A stretch of DNA of 63,995 bases, the filler included, from Basidiobolus ranarum (lineage: Eukaryota), in the NCBI GenBank assembly GCA_040143965.1. It is 7 parts of 7 records of this genome, joined end to end, with 100 filler letters (N's around TTAATTAATTAA, not from the genome) between each part and the next. Parts side by side here need not be neighbours in the genome. Positions count along the whole stretch, not along the records: positions 18,511 to 27,652 come from JASJQH010000868.1; positions 27,753 to 36,876 come from JASJQH010000869.1; 5 more parts are not named here. One strand, given 5' to 3'. The notes beneath the pieces are model-generated. The model did no database searches and was not told the DNA's origin. It saw nothing but the letters and a program-made list of their open reading frames with translations. Below, one piece after another: positions 26,092-36,976 of this stretch (position 1 is its first letter; every line of letters begins with the position of its first letter). Made by a program: the position numbers and the translations under genes.

Positions 26092-27652
26092 CTCTTGTGC
26101 TTCTTTAGCAAAAACTATAGTATGAATTCAACCAATGATTATCACGGATGCTGATAAGTTACTTGTAAAAGTAAGATATATACAAACAGTCAAACAAGAA
26201 AAGAGATTGACTAAATTATTTGGTAAATTCACGAGGTTGAGAAATTCTCGACTGTTGGTAGAAGAGCTAAACGATAACACCAGTATTAGGGAAGCGTAGA
26301 GGAGTAGCGTTGGAAAGTAAACAAGTTGCAGCCAAATAGGTACGCGAATAATGCAAGTCTAACTTGATGCCTAATAGATTAACAGATCTATTCACCAGGA
26401 AATAATTATATGTTGATTGGTGGATATGAATAGGGGATGAATAGAAATAAGGTTAACATCATATTATGTAGAAATATCCTATGTCCATACGTTTCACCAC
26501 TTAGACATTTTGCTCTCTTTGTTTACTTTGTCTTGGTTAAGTAATGTCATACAAATATCAGTGATATATTCACAGTCCCTCAAAATATATACAAAAGTCA
26601 TGTAACACACGGGTTTCAGCTTGAGTTTAAGATTTTCTAATTTCCTGCAGATCTCCAGCACTACCCTCACTCACTTCCCTCTTGCTCCCACTTTTACTTG
26701 ACAACATCGATTGTCCATATGCATCTAGTCAATCGATTTCCCGCCAACATCTCTTTTGTGGTAGATAATAGATTGTTCCTATTCAATAAGCAAAATATAG
26801 AGTTACGAGTTGAATTGAATCCAATATTTCTTATGTGCGCCATTTGCTGCATGAGTGATGGTCATTGCTTTTAAACACTCTGTCAATGTTAGTTAAGGGA
26901 TGATCTACTTTTGATGTAACTGCTAAGAGTAGGTGTGATTTTTGAATCTGAGTTAGGATTCGGGTATATTGGATAAGCATTGTCACAGCAAAGCATCGTC
27001 ACAGTACTGTCAAAAGATTGTTGAATCGAATCTGTCAAACAACCCAACTCCGAAACTGCCGAGTTAAAAAGCCAGGTTGCCAGCGAGATTGTCAAGACCA
27101 ATCGGTTAAGTAGTAGTTTTTCCGTTTTTCTTACAGTAGGTAACCAAATGATCTAATTGTCTCCGCAGTTTATCTGCTGATACGACCCTGAAATTTGATG
27201 ACACTCCAACTGCGTGTATTAAACCACCTAGATATCTTTTTTCTTGGTGTCACTTGAACAGTGTTATCAGTTCTTAATTAAACCAAGTAAAAGCGAATTT
27301 TTGCATGCTATCATAAATTTTGAAATGAATTGAACCAATAAGATGTATATACTTGGACAGTTGGTCATACTTCTGCTTATGGTCTAAAAAGGATTAGAGT
27401 TCGACTACATCATTCATCAGGTAATCCTCACCCTCACCCAACCCTACCCCTACTCTGGCTGTGTTCAGAATCATTGTTCCTCTCCATTAATCTCACATGA
27501 TTTGTTGGCTGCTAAAATTGTTCATATCAGGTGAGGTATCTGTATTTGGTCCAAAATGAAAACGGGTCATTTAGCCTACTCCATACACACCAAGTCAAAT
27601 GCATTTCAAATGGCAACTATCCGGAATTCCATCTTCCTTTTGGCCTACCAAT

Positions 27653-27752
27653 NNNNNNNNNNNNNNNNNNNNNNNNNNNNNNNNNNNNNNNNNNNNTTAA
27701 TTAATTAANNNNNNNNNNNNNNNNNNNNNNNNNNNNNNNNNNNNNNNNNNNN
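27653..27752. other. artificial contig linker
   Basis: N44-TTAATTAATTAA-N44. Confidence 0.99.
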
Positions 27753-27816
27753 GCTCAGTGGTTAGAGCACCTTGCTAGAGTGAAGGAGGTCCCAGGTTCA
27801 AATCCTGGCCAGACCA
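27753..27816 (+). tRNA. 5'-truncated tRNA-like sequence (anticodon AGA on a short-variable-loop body); pseudo-tRNA or SINE head
   Basis: D arm GCTC-AGTGGTTA-GAGC; anticodon arm CCTTG-CTAGAGT-GAAGG (one G.G mismatch); V loop AGGTC; T arm CCAGG-TTCAAAT-CCTGG; 3' acceptor strand CCAGACC-A. Confidence 0.7.
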
Positions 27817-27885
27817 ATATTTCTCCCTAAATAATTTCAATACTTCCAAGGCTTTCCATACCTTCTTGGCAGTTTTAGCTCTTGA

Positions 27886-28232
27886 AAATTGAATCAGCAT
27901 TGCCTAAACTCCAATATAGTCATATATGGCTTAGTATTTAGTTTCTTATTTCTTGTTTAGATATTGCCCATTATTCTCAATTGGAATTTATTAAAAATAT
28001 TTTTACCAACTTGGAAGTTGTCAGATATACAGATTTTTTAAACTTACACTGGAAGCCCCAAACTTTGTGAACATGTTTCAGCAATCTTCCTTAACATATT
28101 ATACCCATTGACTTGTTTACATCTGGACAAAACTATAAATGGCAACTTTGAACTCAATAAATCAATAAGTGATAACCACCAATTTCTTGAATTCTCCAAA
28201 CCACTTCCAACAGGCTCCCAAATACTCTATCA
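27886..28232 (-). mobile_element. solo LTR family A (decayed)
   Basis: CAGCATTGCCTAAAC...CACTTCCAACAGGCTCCCAAATACTCTATCA, homologous to the other copies. Confidence 0.85.
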
Positions 28233-28517
28233 ATATCTCCTCAAGAATTTTCAGACTACAAGGTCAGATTATATGAGAGTAATCAACTAGTGCATCTATA
28301 TATCATAGTGGGCAGTGAAAGGAAAGCACACATATTTTTATTCCATGAAAATGGGAATATATACCTGACATTATGAAACACTATTACGAGTAGATTCATT
28401 AATCCACATGAGGTTTTGATGAGCTTTTACACCTGATTCTGCTCTACACAGTTAGTGGCAATAAAAGTAATACTGTGTTGGAAAGTTATTGCATTTTTAG
28501 AGTGGTAACCTTTATTT

Positions 28518-28988
28518 TCAGTTATCAATGATGGTCAGAGTTCCAGCAAAAGATTGGGGCTTCCCATTACTTCCAATATATGATAGATCCCCTTGTTTCA
28601 ACATGTCAATAATCATTTGCCACTGACTTTTAACCACAGTAACACAGCCATAGCTAATGATGCCAGGATGTAAACCCATACCATTTCGTCTAACGCCATG
28701 ATCCAAACGCGAATTCCAAGTTTGACCATATCCATAATACCCATTGCCTTCTTGAGGTGGCATTTTTTGATGAAGATTAAACCAATCAATCCTATGGTCA
28801 TCATGAATTTGGTGTTTATCCACTATATAACTGCTCAGCGGGGTGGGTCCATTCTCCTGGGTCTCATCTTCACCTTTAGTGCTCACAGTGCTAACGGTAG
28901 TTGTTTTTCCATGTAAGCTGACATCCAATTTACAGCTGCTACGGTGATAAACCAATTTAACAGCATTAGATTCGTCAATTATTGGCAT
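28518..28988 (-). CDS. DUF2778/Tlde1-like L,D-transpeptidase-fold protein, intronless, probable bacterial origin
   Basis: 156 aa with GPTPxxxYxV, DWFNL, GVRRNGMGLHPGIISYGCVT (H107, S112, C115) and terminal GTLTII; TATAAATA on the minus strand about 45 nt upstream of the ATG. Confidence 0.75.
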   Translation of the reverse strand: MPIIDESNAVKLVYHRSSCKLDVSLHGKTTTVSTVSTKGEDETQENGPTPLSSYIVDKHQIHDDHRIDWFNLHQKMPPQEGNGYYGYGQTWNSRLDHGVRRNGMGLHPGIISYGCVTVVKSQWQMIIDMLKQGDLSYIGSNGKPQSFAGTLTIIDN

Positions 28989-30662
28989 GTTGCGAAGAAT
29001 ACGTGATTTACTGTCAATGTGGAATATTTGCTATTTATAAGTAATAGCTAGGGTGTGGTGGCTTAGAATGCCATACAAATCAATCAATATTGTCTCTAAT
29101 CAAGCCGGCTTTTTGTGTTGTATTGTGATACTTACACTGGGTATTTATTATGAGATTTGTTAATTTGTGCTAAGTATATCTAGCAAGGAAGCAAGATTAG
29201 AGTAGGATTTTAGACTGGAGTCGTAGACATCCTTCCGTATGGTTTCTCCCGGGCTTCTTATTGCTTATTGATACATTTCAAACGCGTTTGAGCTGAAGCA
29301 GTTTTCCTAGTTACTTGCTAATAGATGGAATCCAAGATATTCCAGTACATTTCCTACATCAAATGAATAGATTAGCTAACAAGGAAAAAGGCACTACTAT
29401 CGATTTGACGTCGTTTGGAAGATGGCACATAGCCGCAAACAAAATTTTAGCATTTGATGTATCCCTGAGGATGATTTCGTCAAAGACTTTGAAGTGTTGT
29501 GCTATGCTCAATTTTCAGAACAAAGAGCTCATCTATCTGATCACAAGCACCCCTTCACCAAGCATGTATGACTGACATGGAACAGAATAAAAATTAATAA
29601 ATATACTATGGGATGAGAAGTAAATACATAATCCATCAAGGTAGATGAACCGTTAGAGCAGCTTCTGGATGCTGGTTGCTGCATTTGGCTTTTACCTAGG
29701 GTTCCTCAAAAGTTTAATGTAAAATTGAATGTTATGACAAACTTCAGGCTTTTACAACAATTAGAATAATCCAACAATTTACAAGGTAAGTAGTGACTTT
29801 ATCAAGTCAGCTATTTAGGCCAGCTATACATCAGGTATTGCCCACTGTCGATTTCACTCTAATCTGTGATCTAGGTTGGTTACATATTCCACCGTCGGAA
29901 TGTGTAGTTAATTGTCTAGCAGTACTCTCTCCAGATTCGTCCCTGCTTTGTTATCTTCAGATGTGTTCGCACATTGGGGGCGTACTATTCTCTACGCTGA
30001 TCTCTGTGGGATATAGAATTCAAGCTGGATTTGCTATTTAAACTTGTAGATCTGACAGAACATTCCTACCAACTCCGTTTGTATGAAAGCGGACGCTTTA
30101 ACCTGCATTTGGACTTAGTTATGTCTAGACAAGTAAGAATGGATTGCTCCTTGAGTCACTATTATTGAAGACCGAATTAGGTTTATCATTTGTTCCACAC
30201 CTCCTTGAGCTATATCTAATTACCTGATTTAGATTGATTTTTGATGCTTTGATATTCTAGTCCATGGACCTTTGTCATGTCTTGGTAACTTTATTACACT
30301 CCTTGTACAATCATTTGTCTTCTCTTGAACCCATATTAGAAAATCGGTTCTCAGATAATCATTTACTCAACTCTGTAGATTGAATCTTCCGTTTTGCCTT
30401 TAGGTATTAATAAGAGTCTTCAATCTATTGTGACCATCTCTACATCCTGCCTATTTACCTCTGCCTTCATAAATAAGAAATTTCAAAACGTTAAAGATGG
30501 CTATAATAATTCCAATTGAGTACTATGCCCTGATAGCGCTCTAATGGGTTTTATATTATGATAGCTTGTAATTAGAAGATAACTCGAGACAAGCCATTGT
30601 ACAGTTAGCCCCTAGTTTAAATCTCTATTTATTATTAACACACAATATATAACGAACTTCTT

Positions 30663-31686
30663 TTAATACAACTTTGCACTCTTTATATCTGCGCTATCAC
30701 CGACAGTGCCATTCAGCATATCACTTTCAGCCTTAGATTGGTTCATAGCAAAACATTGCTGTTCAATCAACTCGGGTCGTAAGTACCGGCCTGGGGGAAT
30801 TATGATATAGGCTAGTATGGCAATTAACATCATTAACGAGTCGAATACATAAAAGTACACTTCGTGCGAGATAAGATAGCCTTGATATCCTTGAGCGAAT
30901 TCCGCTATGCGATAAACTGATCGGATTAGAAGTGCTGCAATGTTAATCCAAATTGGCCAGTAAAGAATCCGCCAGTCTGTTGCTCCCTTTTGATCATCTC
31001 TGAGTAGGCGAAATGTGAACTCTGGTGTGCGTTGGACATAGAAAGTCATGATGGAGAAAGTAATGAGAGATGCCAATGCCAAGCTGAGACCAACCAGAGC
31101 AATATTAGAACCTATGCTTGCCACAGATTGAATAGCCATCATACCACCACCCATTGCTTGAACTCCAAAGCAAATAATATCAATTGATAAAAAAGCCTTC
31201 TCGATGACAGCCGGTTGAATAAATTTTGTCCGATAATTGGAACGAAGGATTCTATTGAAGAAATATCAATAACTACTCTTTCACTTCTCTCGTTGGACCA
31301 TAAAAGTAAACACTTACATATTTGCTACTGCCAAATAGCTCCCCAGGGCAATGACAATAGGAGGAAGTAATAAAAATACAGTAGACGCAGCGAAGCTTGC
31401 AATAATTCCATCATTTGCTGGTTGACCAGACCATATACGAATGGCAAATCCTATCGCTTCACCTAGCACAAGAAAATTTGGATTAAACTAGGTTTTTTTG
31501 ATAAAAGCACTGATGTTTCAATTTACCAGCAGCTCCGCTCGCAACTCCATACATATAGCGGGTTTTGTACCGATAGGATTGATAAGAAACAATAACCGTT
31601 AAAATGGCGAATATAACTAGCGCAACAATGGCCAGCGGTATATTAGGATCATAGCGATATAAATTGTAATGAGGAGTGACCGTCAT
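30663..31686 (-). CDS. RTA1-like membrane protein (lipid-translocating exporter family), copy 1, 3 exons
   Basis: YRYDPN, EAIGFAIRI, LLPPIVIA, IDIICFGVQAMGGG, LLIRSVYRIAEFAQG, HEVYFYVFDSLMM; ATG at 31686. Confidence 0.9.
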
Positions 31687-33001
31687 GAGTGCTAAATGAT
31701 ATGCCAAAGAATTTGATAGAAGAGAAGATCTCTGTTACGTGCTTTTATGTGGATTTGCTTTATGCATCTAAATCTGCCACTATCACTAATTTGGCTAGCG
31801 TTTGTTTGGAAGAACGGCCATTGATCATCCGCTGTAGGGATTTTTTTCTCATTTTACTAAACAGAATTCTATTTATAACTCAGTTCGTTCTGCCAAGAAA
31901 TCAACTTCTATACTGATCGTTGTTGGAAAAGCTAGATACACTACCAAGTTTAGCCTTTGCTTCCTTGGCGTTTGGATAGATCTCTAAGGTGTCGGAATAA
32001 CGGGGAAACATGTACTCTAACCTTACCACTAGGACTACAACTATATATCTGAAACATCGTGTAAGCGAGAGTTCAGTGAGCAACAAAGTTTGTAACATGG
32101 ATAATTACAGTATAACATTATTTGTAGGAGGATATTGTGCTTGCAACATCTCGTTATAAGCTCTGGGAATGTTTGCAACACAAAATATCACATGCCTTAG
32201 ATGAAACGTTTTGGGGGAAGCATTAAAGAACGTATTAGCACATATCAACCACAGATTACTGGCACCAATGAAAGGCCATAAACACGGACAATTTAACATG
32301 CAATAAACCAAAGGTTAGTTAATAGAAAAGTTAACTTATTTGGTTCTTATTGGATGATGAACAGTACTTGGTGGAAATGATGTACTTTTTAACCAAATTC
32401 CAAATTAGGCCACGTTGATTTTAGAATCTTCGCTAGATAATATCAAACCTTTATATCGTAAACCATTGGTGTTTGGAGGATTCTTCGTGAATACATTTGT
32501 CAATAAAAGAAATCGTTCAGAGATACGAAACCCACGGAGCCTTGTCTGTGGCTGAGATAAAGAATCAAACTTCGAAGAAGTGTCCACTCAAAATTTACGT
32601 GTCATCTCTTCTCTGTATTGTTACAATTTAAAAATCGTCACAACTTTATTTTTGGATTTAAATATCAATATTACTGAGAAAACGAGCAAATTACGGGATA
32701 ACGAGTAATAGATACCGAGAAATTTATATTGTATACTATTGTAGTAGTAATATTTAACTATGATTTTTCTGTTAAATCTAGATCATCTAGGCTCATATCA
32801 CAGGAATAGTAATTAAATAATTTGCCGAGCTCTTACCAAGATATATGAAATACGTGTGACTATAAATACTTATTATGTCATTACTCATTCCATCATAAAT
32901 GATTAGCACGCTCTTTGTATAGTATCAGCCATTAACTAATGCTCTGATCCACATTACAACAACCATCCTGGTTAAGTTTAGAAATCAAGGGCTGTATTAA
33001 G

Positions 33002-33121
33002 TATTGATGGAATCAATCGCCTCAAGCACGACATCCCATCTCTCTCATATTCACTGTCAAGGAACTACCTCGTCCTAGACAGGGTTGGGGACTAAAGACT
33101 GACTCAACTTAATCCTGTATC
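33002..33121 (+). promoter_or_regulatory. 120-bp TauD-upstream element, near-identical to 36757-36876
   Basis: Ungapped match with 2 mismatches at offset 3755; contains TGACTCA. Confidence 0.75.
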
Positions 33122-33307
33122 ATCATCACTTGTAACTACTTGTTGAAGTCAAAGATTGAGAATTGCTTTGTTTGGTGGCGTGCTCAAGACAATTCCACAC
33201 CAGAATTTCCCATTATGTGTTTTGGTCAATGCAGATGCCAATAAATAGAGTTCACTTGTCCAAGTACACCTCACAAACGCATCTGCTTCTTCTCAACATA
33301 TCAAATC

Positions 33308-34396
33308 ATGTCTGTAACTATCGAAAGTGTAGCTAATGAAACTCAAAAACTAACCCTTGAGACTTCCAAGAAATTGAGTCCATCCCTCCGAGCATTGTTG
33401 CCTACTTTTCCTAAGGTCGACTCTCCTCCACTTGAAGAGGTCTCTGTGGTTGATCGTGCTTCCAATGCCTCGCCGGAGAAACGGGCCCTCCTAGACGCAG
33501 TGTCAAAAAGAATAGATCTGACCACACACATTGGTACTGAACTGCATGGTATTCAGCTATCACAATTGTCAGATCAGCAAAAGGATGAACTTGCTCTACT
33601 AATTGCTGAGCGAGGAGTAGTCTTTTTCCGTGACCAGGAGTTGGATGTACATCAGCAATTGGAACTGGGTCGTTTCTATGGTCCACTCCATGTTCATCAT
33701 ACAACACCACATCCTGAAGGTCTGCCAGAGGTCCATCTGATCTATCAGGATGAGAATGTCGGAGTAGACAATAGTTACCTTCCCTACCCTGCTTCCCAAG
33801 ATTATTGGCATAGTGATGTGTCCTATGAGTTGCAACCACCTAGCTATACCTCACTAAAAATCCATGTCCAACCTGAAGTTGGCAGTGATACTCTTTGGGC
33901 CAGTCAGTATGCAGCCTACGATAAGCTAAGTACTACATACAAAAGATTTGTGGAGGGTCTTGTAGCTGTGCACAGTGGTGTCGAACAAGCTGATGATGCT
34001 CGTAGAAAAGGTACCTATGTTCGCCGTGAACCGGTCTTACATGAACACCCAGTTGTTCGCACACATCCAGTTACCGGCTGGAAAGCATTGTATGTGAATC
34101 CAGTATTTACCAGATACATCAAAGGAGTGAGCAAGCGGGAATCAGACAGTATTCTACAATTCCTGTATTCCCACATTACTGGAAGTTCTGACCTTCAAGT
34201 TCGATTCAAATGGTATCCAAACTCGGTTGCTATTTGGGACAATCGAGTTACTGTACACACGGTGGCACGTGACTCGTTTGGCTCTTATCGCCATGGAACC
34301 CGAGTGACACCTCATGGTGAGAAGCCATACTATGATGCAGAGAGCAAGAGTCGGGCTGAAGAGTTTAGAAAGAAGATCAAGCAACAAACTGAATGA
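33308..34396 (+). CDS. TauD/TfdA Fe(II)/2-oxoglutarate dioxygenase (Jlp1-like sulfonate dioxygenase), intronless
   Basis: LIAERGVVFFRDQ, WHSDVSYE (HxD), GSDTLWAS, HPVVRTHPVTGWKALYVN, AIWDNRVTVH. Confidence 0.93.
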   Translation: MSVTIESVANETQKLTLETSKKLSPSLRALLPTFPKVDSPPLEEVSVVDRASNASPEKRALLDAVSKRIDLTTHIGTELHGIQLSQLSDQQKDELALLIAERGVVFFRDQELDVHQQLELGRFYGPLHVHHTTPHPEGLPEVHLIYQDENVGVDNSYLPYPASQDYWHSDVSYELQPPSYTSLKIHVQPEVGSDTLWASQYAAYDKLSTTYKRFVEGLVAVHSGVEQADDARRKGTYVRREPVLHEHPVVRTHPVTGWKALYVNPVFTRYIKGVSKRESDSILQFLYSHITGSSDLQVRFKWYPNSVAIWDNRVTVHTVARDSFGSYRHGTRVTPHGEKPYYDAESKSRAEEFRKKIKQQTE

Positions 34397-34483
34397 TCCA
34401 TCTAAATTCGGTGTGCACGAGAAGTTACGTGTGTAGGGGAAGTTTTAAGTGAACATTTAATCTGTGAAGTATCAAATAAATGA

Positions 34484-34557
34484 TGCATTCCATTCATCAA
34501 CTTTTGCACTCCATTCATCAACTTTTGCATTCTATTCATCAACTTTTGCATTCCATT
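34484..34557. repeat. 21-bp minisatellite, ~3.5 copies
   Basis: (TGCATTCCATTCATCAACTTT)n between the convergent TauD and RTA1 3' ends. Confidence 0.9.
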
Positions 34558-34801
34558 CCATATACAATTACAACTCTAAGAAAATTTATACTATTCCTCA
34601 TAGGTATTCATTCGAATAGTAAAAAGGATAAAAATGTGTAATGCTGTCAACATGTATCATAGCCTTATTTATGATGTAGTCAGTTCACATCTCCGTTGTT
34701 AAGTTTCTATTTATTTTTAGATGAACAAAATATTTAATGGAGATTTTAGTGCAGGTCTATATATTAAAGCACGGACTTAATTTAATACAATTTCGAACTT
34801 T

Positions 34802-35749
34802 TCATGCCTGTACCATGGCAAGGCTTGGTTGTTCGACTAGTTCGGGGCGTAGGTACCGACCCGGCGGGATTATGATATAAGCGAGAATAGCAATTAGCAT
34901 CATCAGCGTATCAAAAACAAAAAAGTACGCTTCATGTGAGATAAGATAGCCTTGGAACCCTTCAGAGAATTCAGCTATACGATAACATGATCGGATTAGA
35001 AGTACTATAATGTTAATCCAAAGTGGCCAGTAGAGAATACGCCAATTTGTTGCACCTTTTTGATCGTCCTTGAGCAATTGGAATGTGAAGCCTGGTGTAC
35101 GCTGGACATAGAAAGTCATGACAGTGAACGTAAAGAGAGAGGCCAAGGCTAAGCTGAGGCCCGCTAACCCGATATTAGAGCCAATTTTAGCTATTGAAGT
35201 AATAGCCATCATACCACCACCCGTAGCTTGAACTGCGAAGCAAATAACATCAATTGATAAAAATGCCTTCTCAATGAAAACCGGTTGGATAAACTTTGTC
35301 CGATAATTGGAATACAGGATTCTGTTAGGAAAATATTAATAACCGCTTTTCTAAAGGATCCTTCATAAAGCAAGTACTTACATCTTTGCCACTAATAAAT
35401 AGCTCCCCAGGGCAATGACGATAGGAGGTAGTAACAAAAACAAAGTAGATGCAGCATAGCCTCCAATAATGCCATCATTCTCAGGCTGACCTGACCATAT
35501 ACGAATTGCAAATCCTATGATTTCACCTAGAACGAGAATATCTCGATTAAACTACGTCACCTCAATAACTGTACAACATTCAGACTTACCAACAGCACCA
35601 GCTGCGACTCCATACATATACCGGGTTTTGTATCGATAGGATTGATAAAAAACAATTGCCCCTAAGACTGCAAAGATCACTATCGCAGCAATAGATAGCG
35701 GTACACTGGGGATGTAGCGATAATAGTTATAATGGGGAGCAATAGGCAT
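34802..35749 (-). CDS. RTA1-like membrane protein, copy 2, 3 exons
   Basis: Paralog of 30663-31686 with the same intron positions and shared blocks (YQSYRYKTRYMYGVA, ILYWP, LIAILAYIIIPPGRYLRPEL); ATG at 35749. Confidence 0.9.
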
Positions 35750-36756
35750 GGACGATAGTTGAAATACCAAAGAAATCTAAGAATGTCAACATCTCTGTTA
35801 CGCGCATTTTATATGAATCTGGTTTATGTATGCCATATCTACCACAACATACTCCTGTCACTAATTTAGATCCCAGCATACTGCTATTTCTAATTTAGCT
35901 AGTTCTAGCTGAAAAGAACGGCCATGAATTATCCGATCTAATAGTATTATACTTACATATTCCCTAAATACTATTTGGAATTCTTTTTTAATTCTGTTAT
36001 TATCCGTCTAGAAGGCTTTTTATCATTGCGGAGTCTAACCTGTGGTTTCTGGGAGTTTGAAATCATTTCTTCCCTGAATTACGGACAAATGTATACACCA
36101 ACTTAGCAATTAGGACTAGCTTCAATAGCGACAGTAGTCTATATTGCCTGGATATCCCCGTAAATTATCGAACACAATGACATTTCTGTGTGTTAGAGAT
36201 GGTTATGCTTGTTGTATTTGCTTGAAAATTCCGAGATTATTTATAAAACTGAAAAATTTCCCTCCTTCGATAGACCATTTTTGTAGAGGTTATAAAGAAA
36301 GTATCTACGTCTCTGCCAACAAGGAATTGCTGGCACCAATAGTAAGGTCATAACAACGTCAATTGCGTCTTCTTTCAGAGTATTTGTTATCAGTATCCAA
36401 TAAGTTAAGGGTAATAGGGAACGGGTTATACCATTTAAAAATTAACCCTTTTGGTCAAGGTTCGATAATAATTAAGCGTTCCATAATTTTCACGTGAATC
36501 AGGCGCTTCAAAATCTTCACGTGCAAAGCTCGTTTTTGTTCACTCATATGGTAACAAACCTACCGAGCGTTTATACATATGGAATACCGCAATGAGTATG
36601 GAATATATGTTTGTTATTATTCATTCCATCAGAAGCAAATAACTTATTTTTTGTATACATGTCAACCATCAACTAATGCTCTAACCTACACGAACGTAAT
36701 GTTTATAACTACACTTACCGTCCTGGTTAAGTACAGGTCTACTCCGTAAAATTAAA

Positions 36757-36876
36757 TATTGATGCAATCAATCGCCTCAAGCACGGCATCCCATCTCTCT
36801 CATATTCACTGTCAAGGAACTACCTCGTCCTAGACAGGGTTGGGGACTAAAGACTGACTCAACTTAATCCTGTATC
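36757..36876 (+). repeat. second copy of the TauD-upstream element, running into the contig end
   Basis: Near-identical to 33002-33121; implies a second TauD copy beyond the contig break. Confidence 0.85.
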
Positions 36877-36976
36877 NNNNNNNNNNNNNNNNNNNNNNNN
36901 NNNNNNNNNNNNNNNNNNNNTTAATTAATTAANNNNNNNNNNNNNNNNNNNNNNNNNNNNNNNNNNNNNNNNNNNN
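36877..36976. other. artificial contig linker
   Basis: N44-TTAATTAATTAA-N44. Confidence 0.99.

Noticed and set aside
27816-27890. LTR about 70 bp downstream of the tRNA-like sequence as evidence of Pol III-targeted integration
   Set aside because: The other five LTR copies have no adjacent tRNA
33308-34396. Intronless TauD as a recent bacterial HGT
   Set aside because: The N-terminal extension and motifs (DRA..A.P.K..LL, DTLWAS.Y.AYD.LS) look like the fungal Jlp1-type clade; nothing in the sequence points to a recent transfer
34484-34557. Short direct repeats as a CRISPR-like array
   Set aside because: Head-to-tail units with no unique spacers, no cas genes, eukaryotic context
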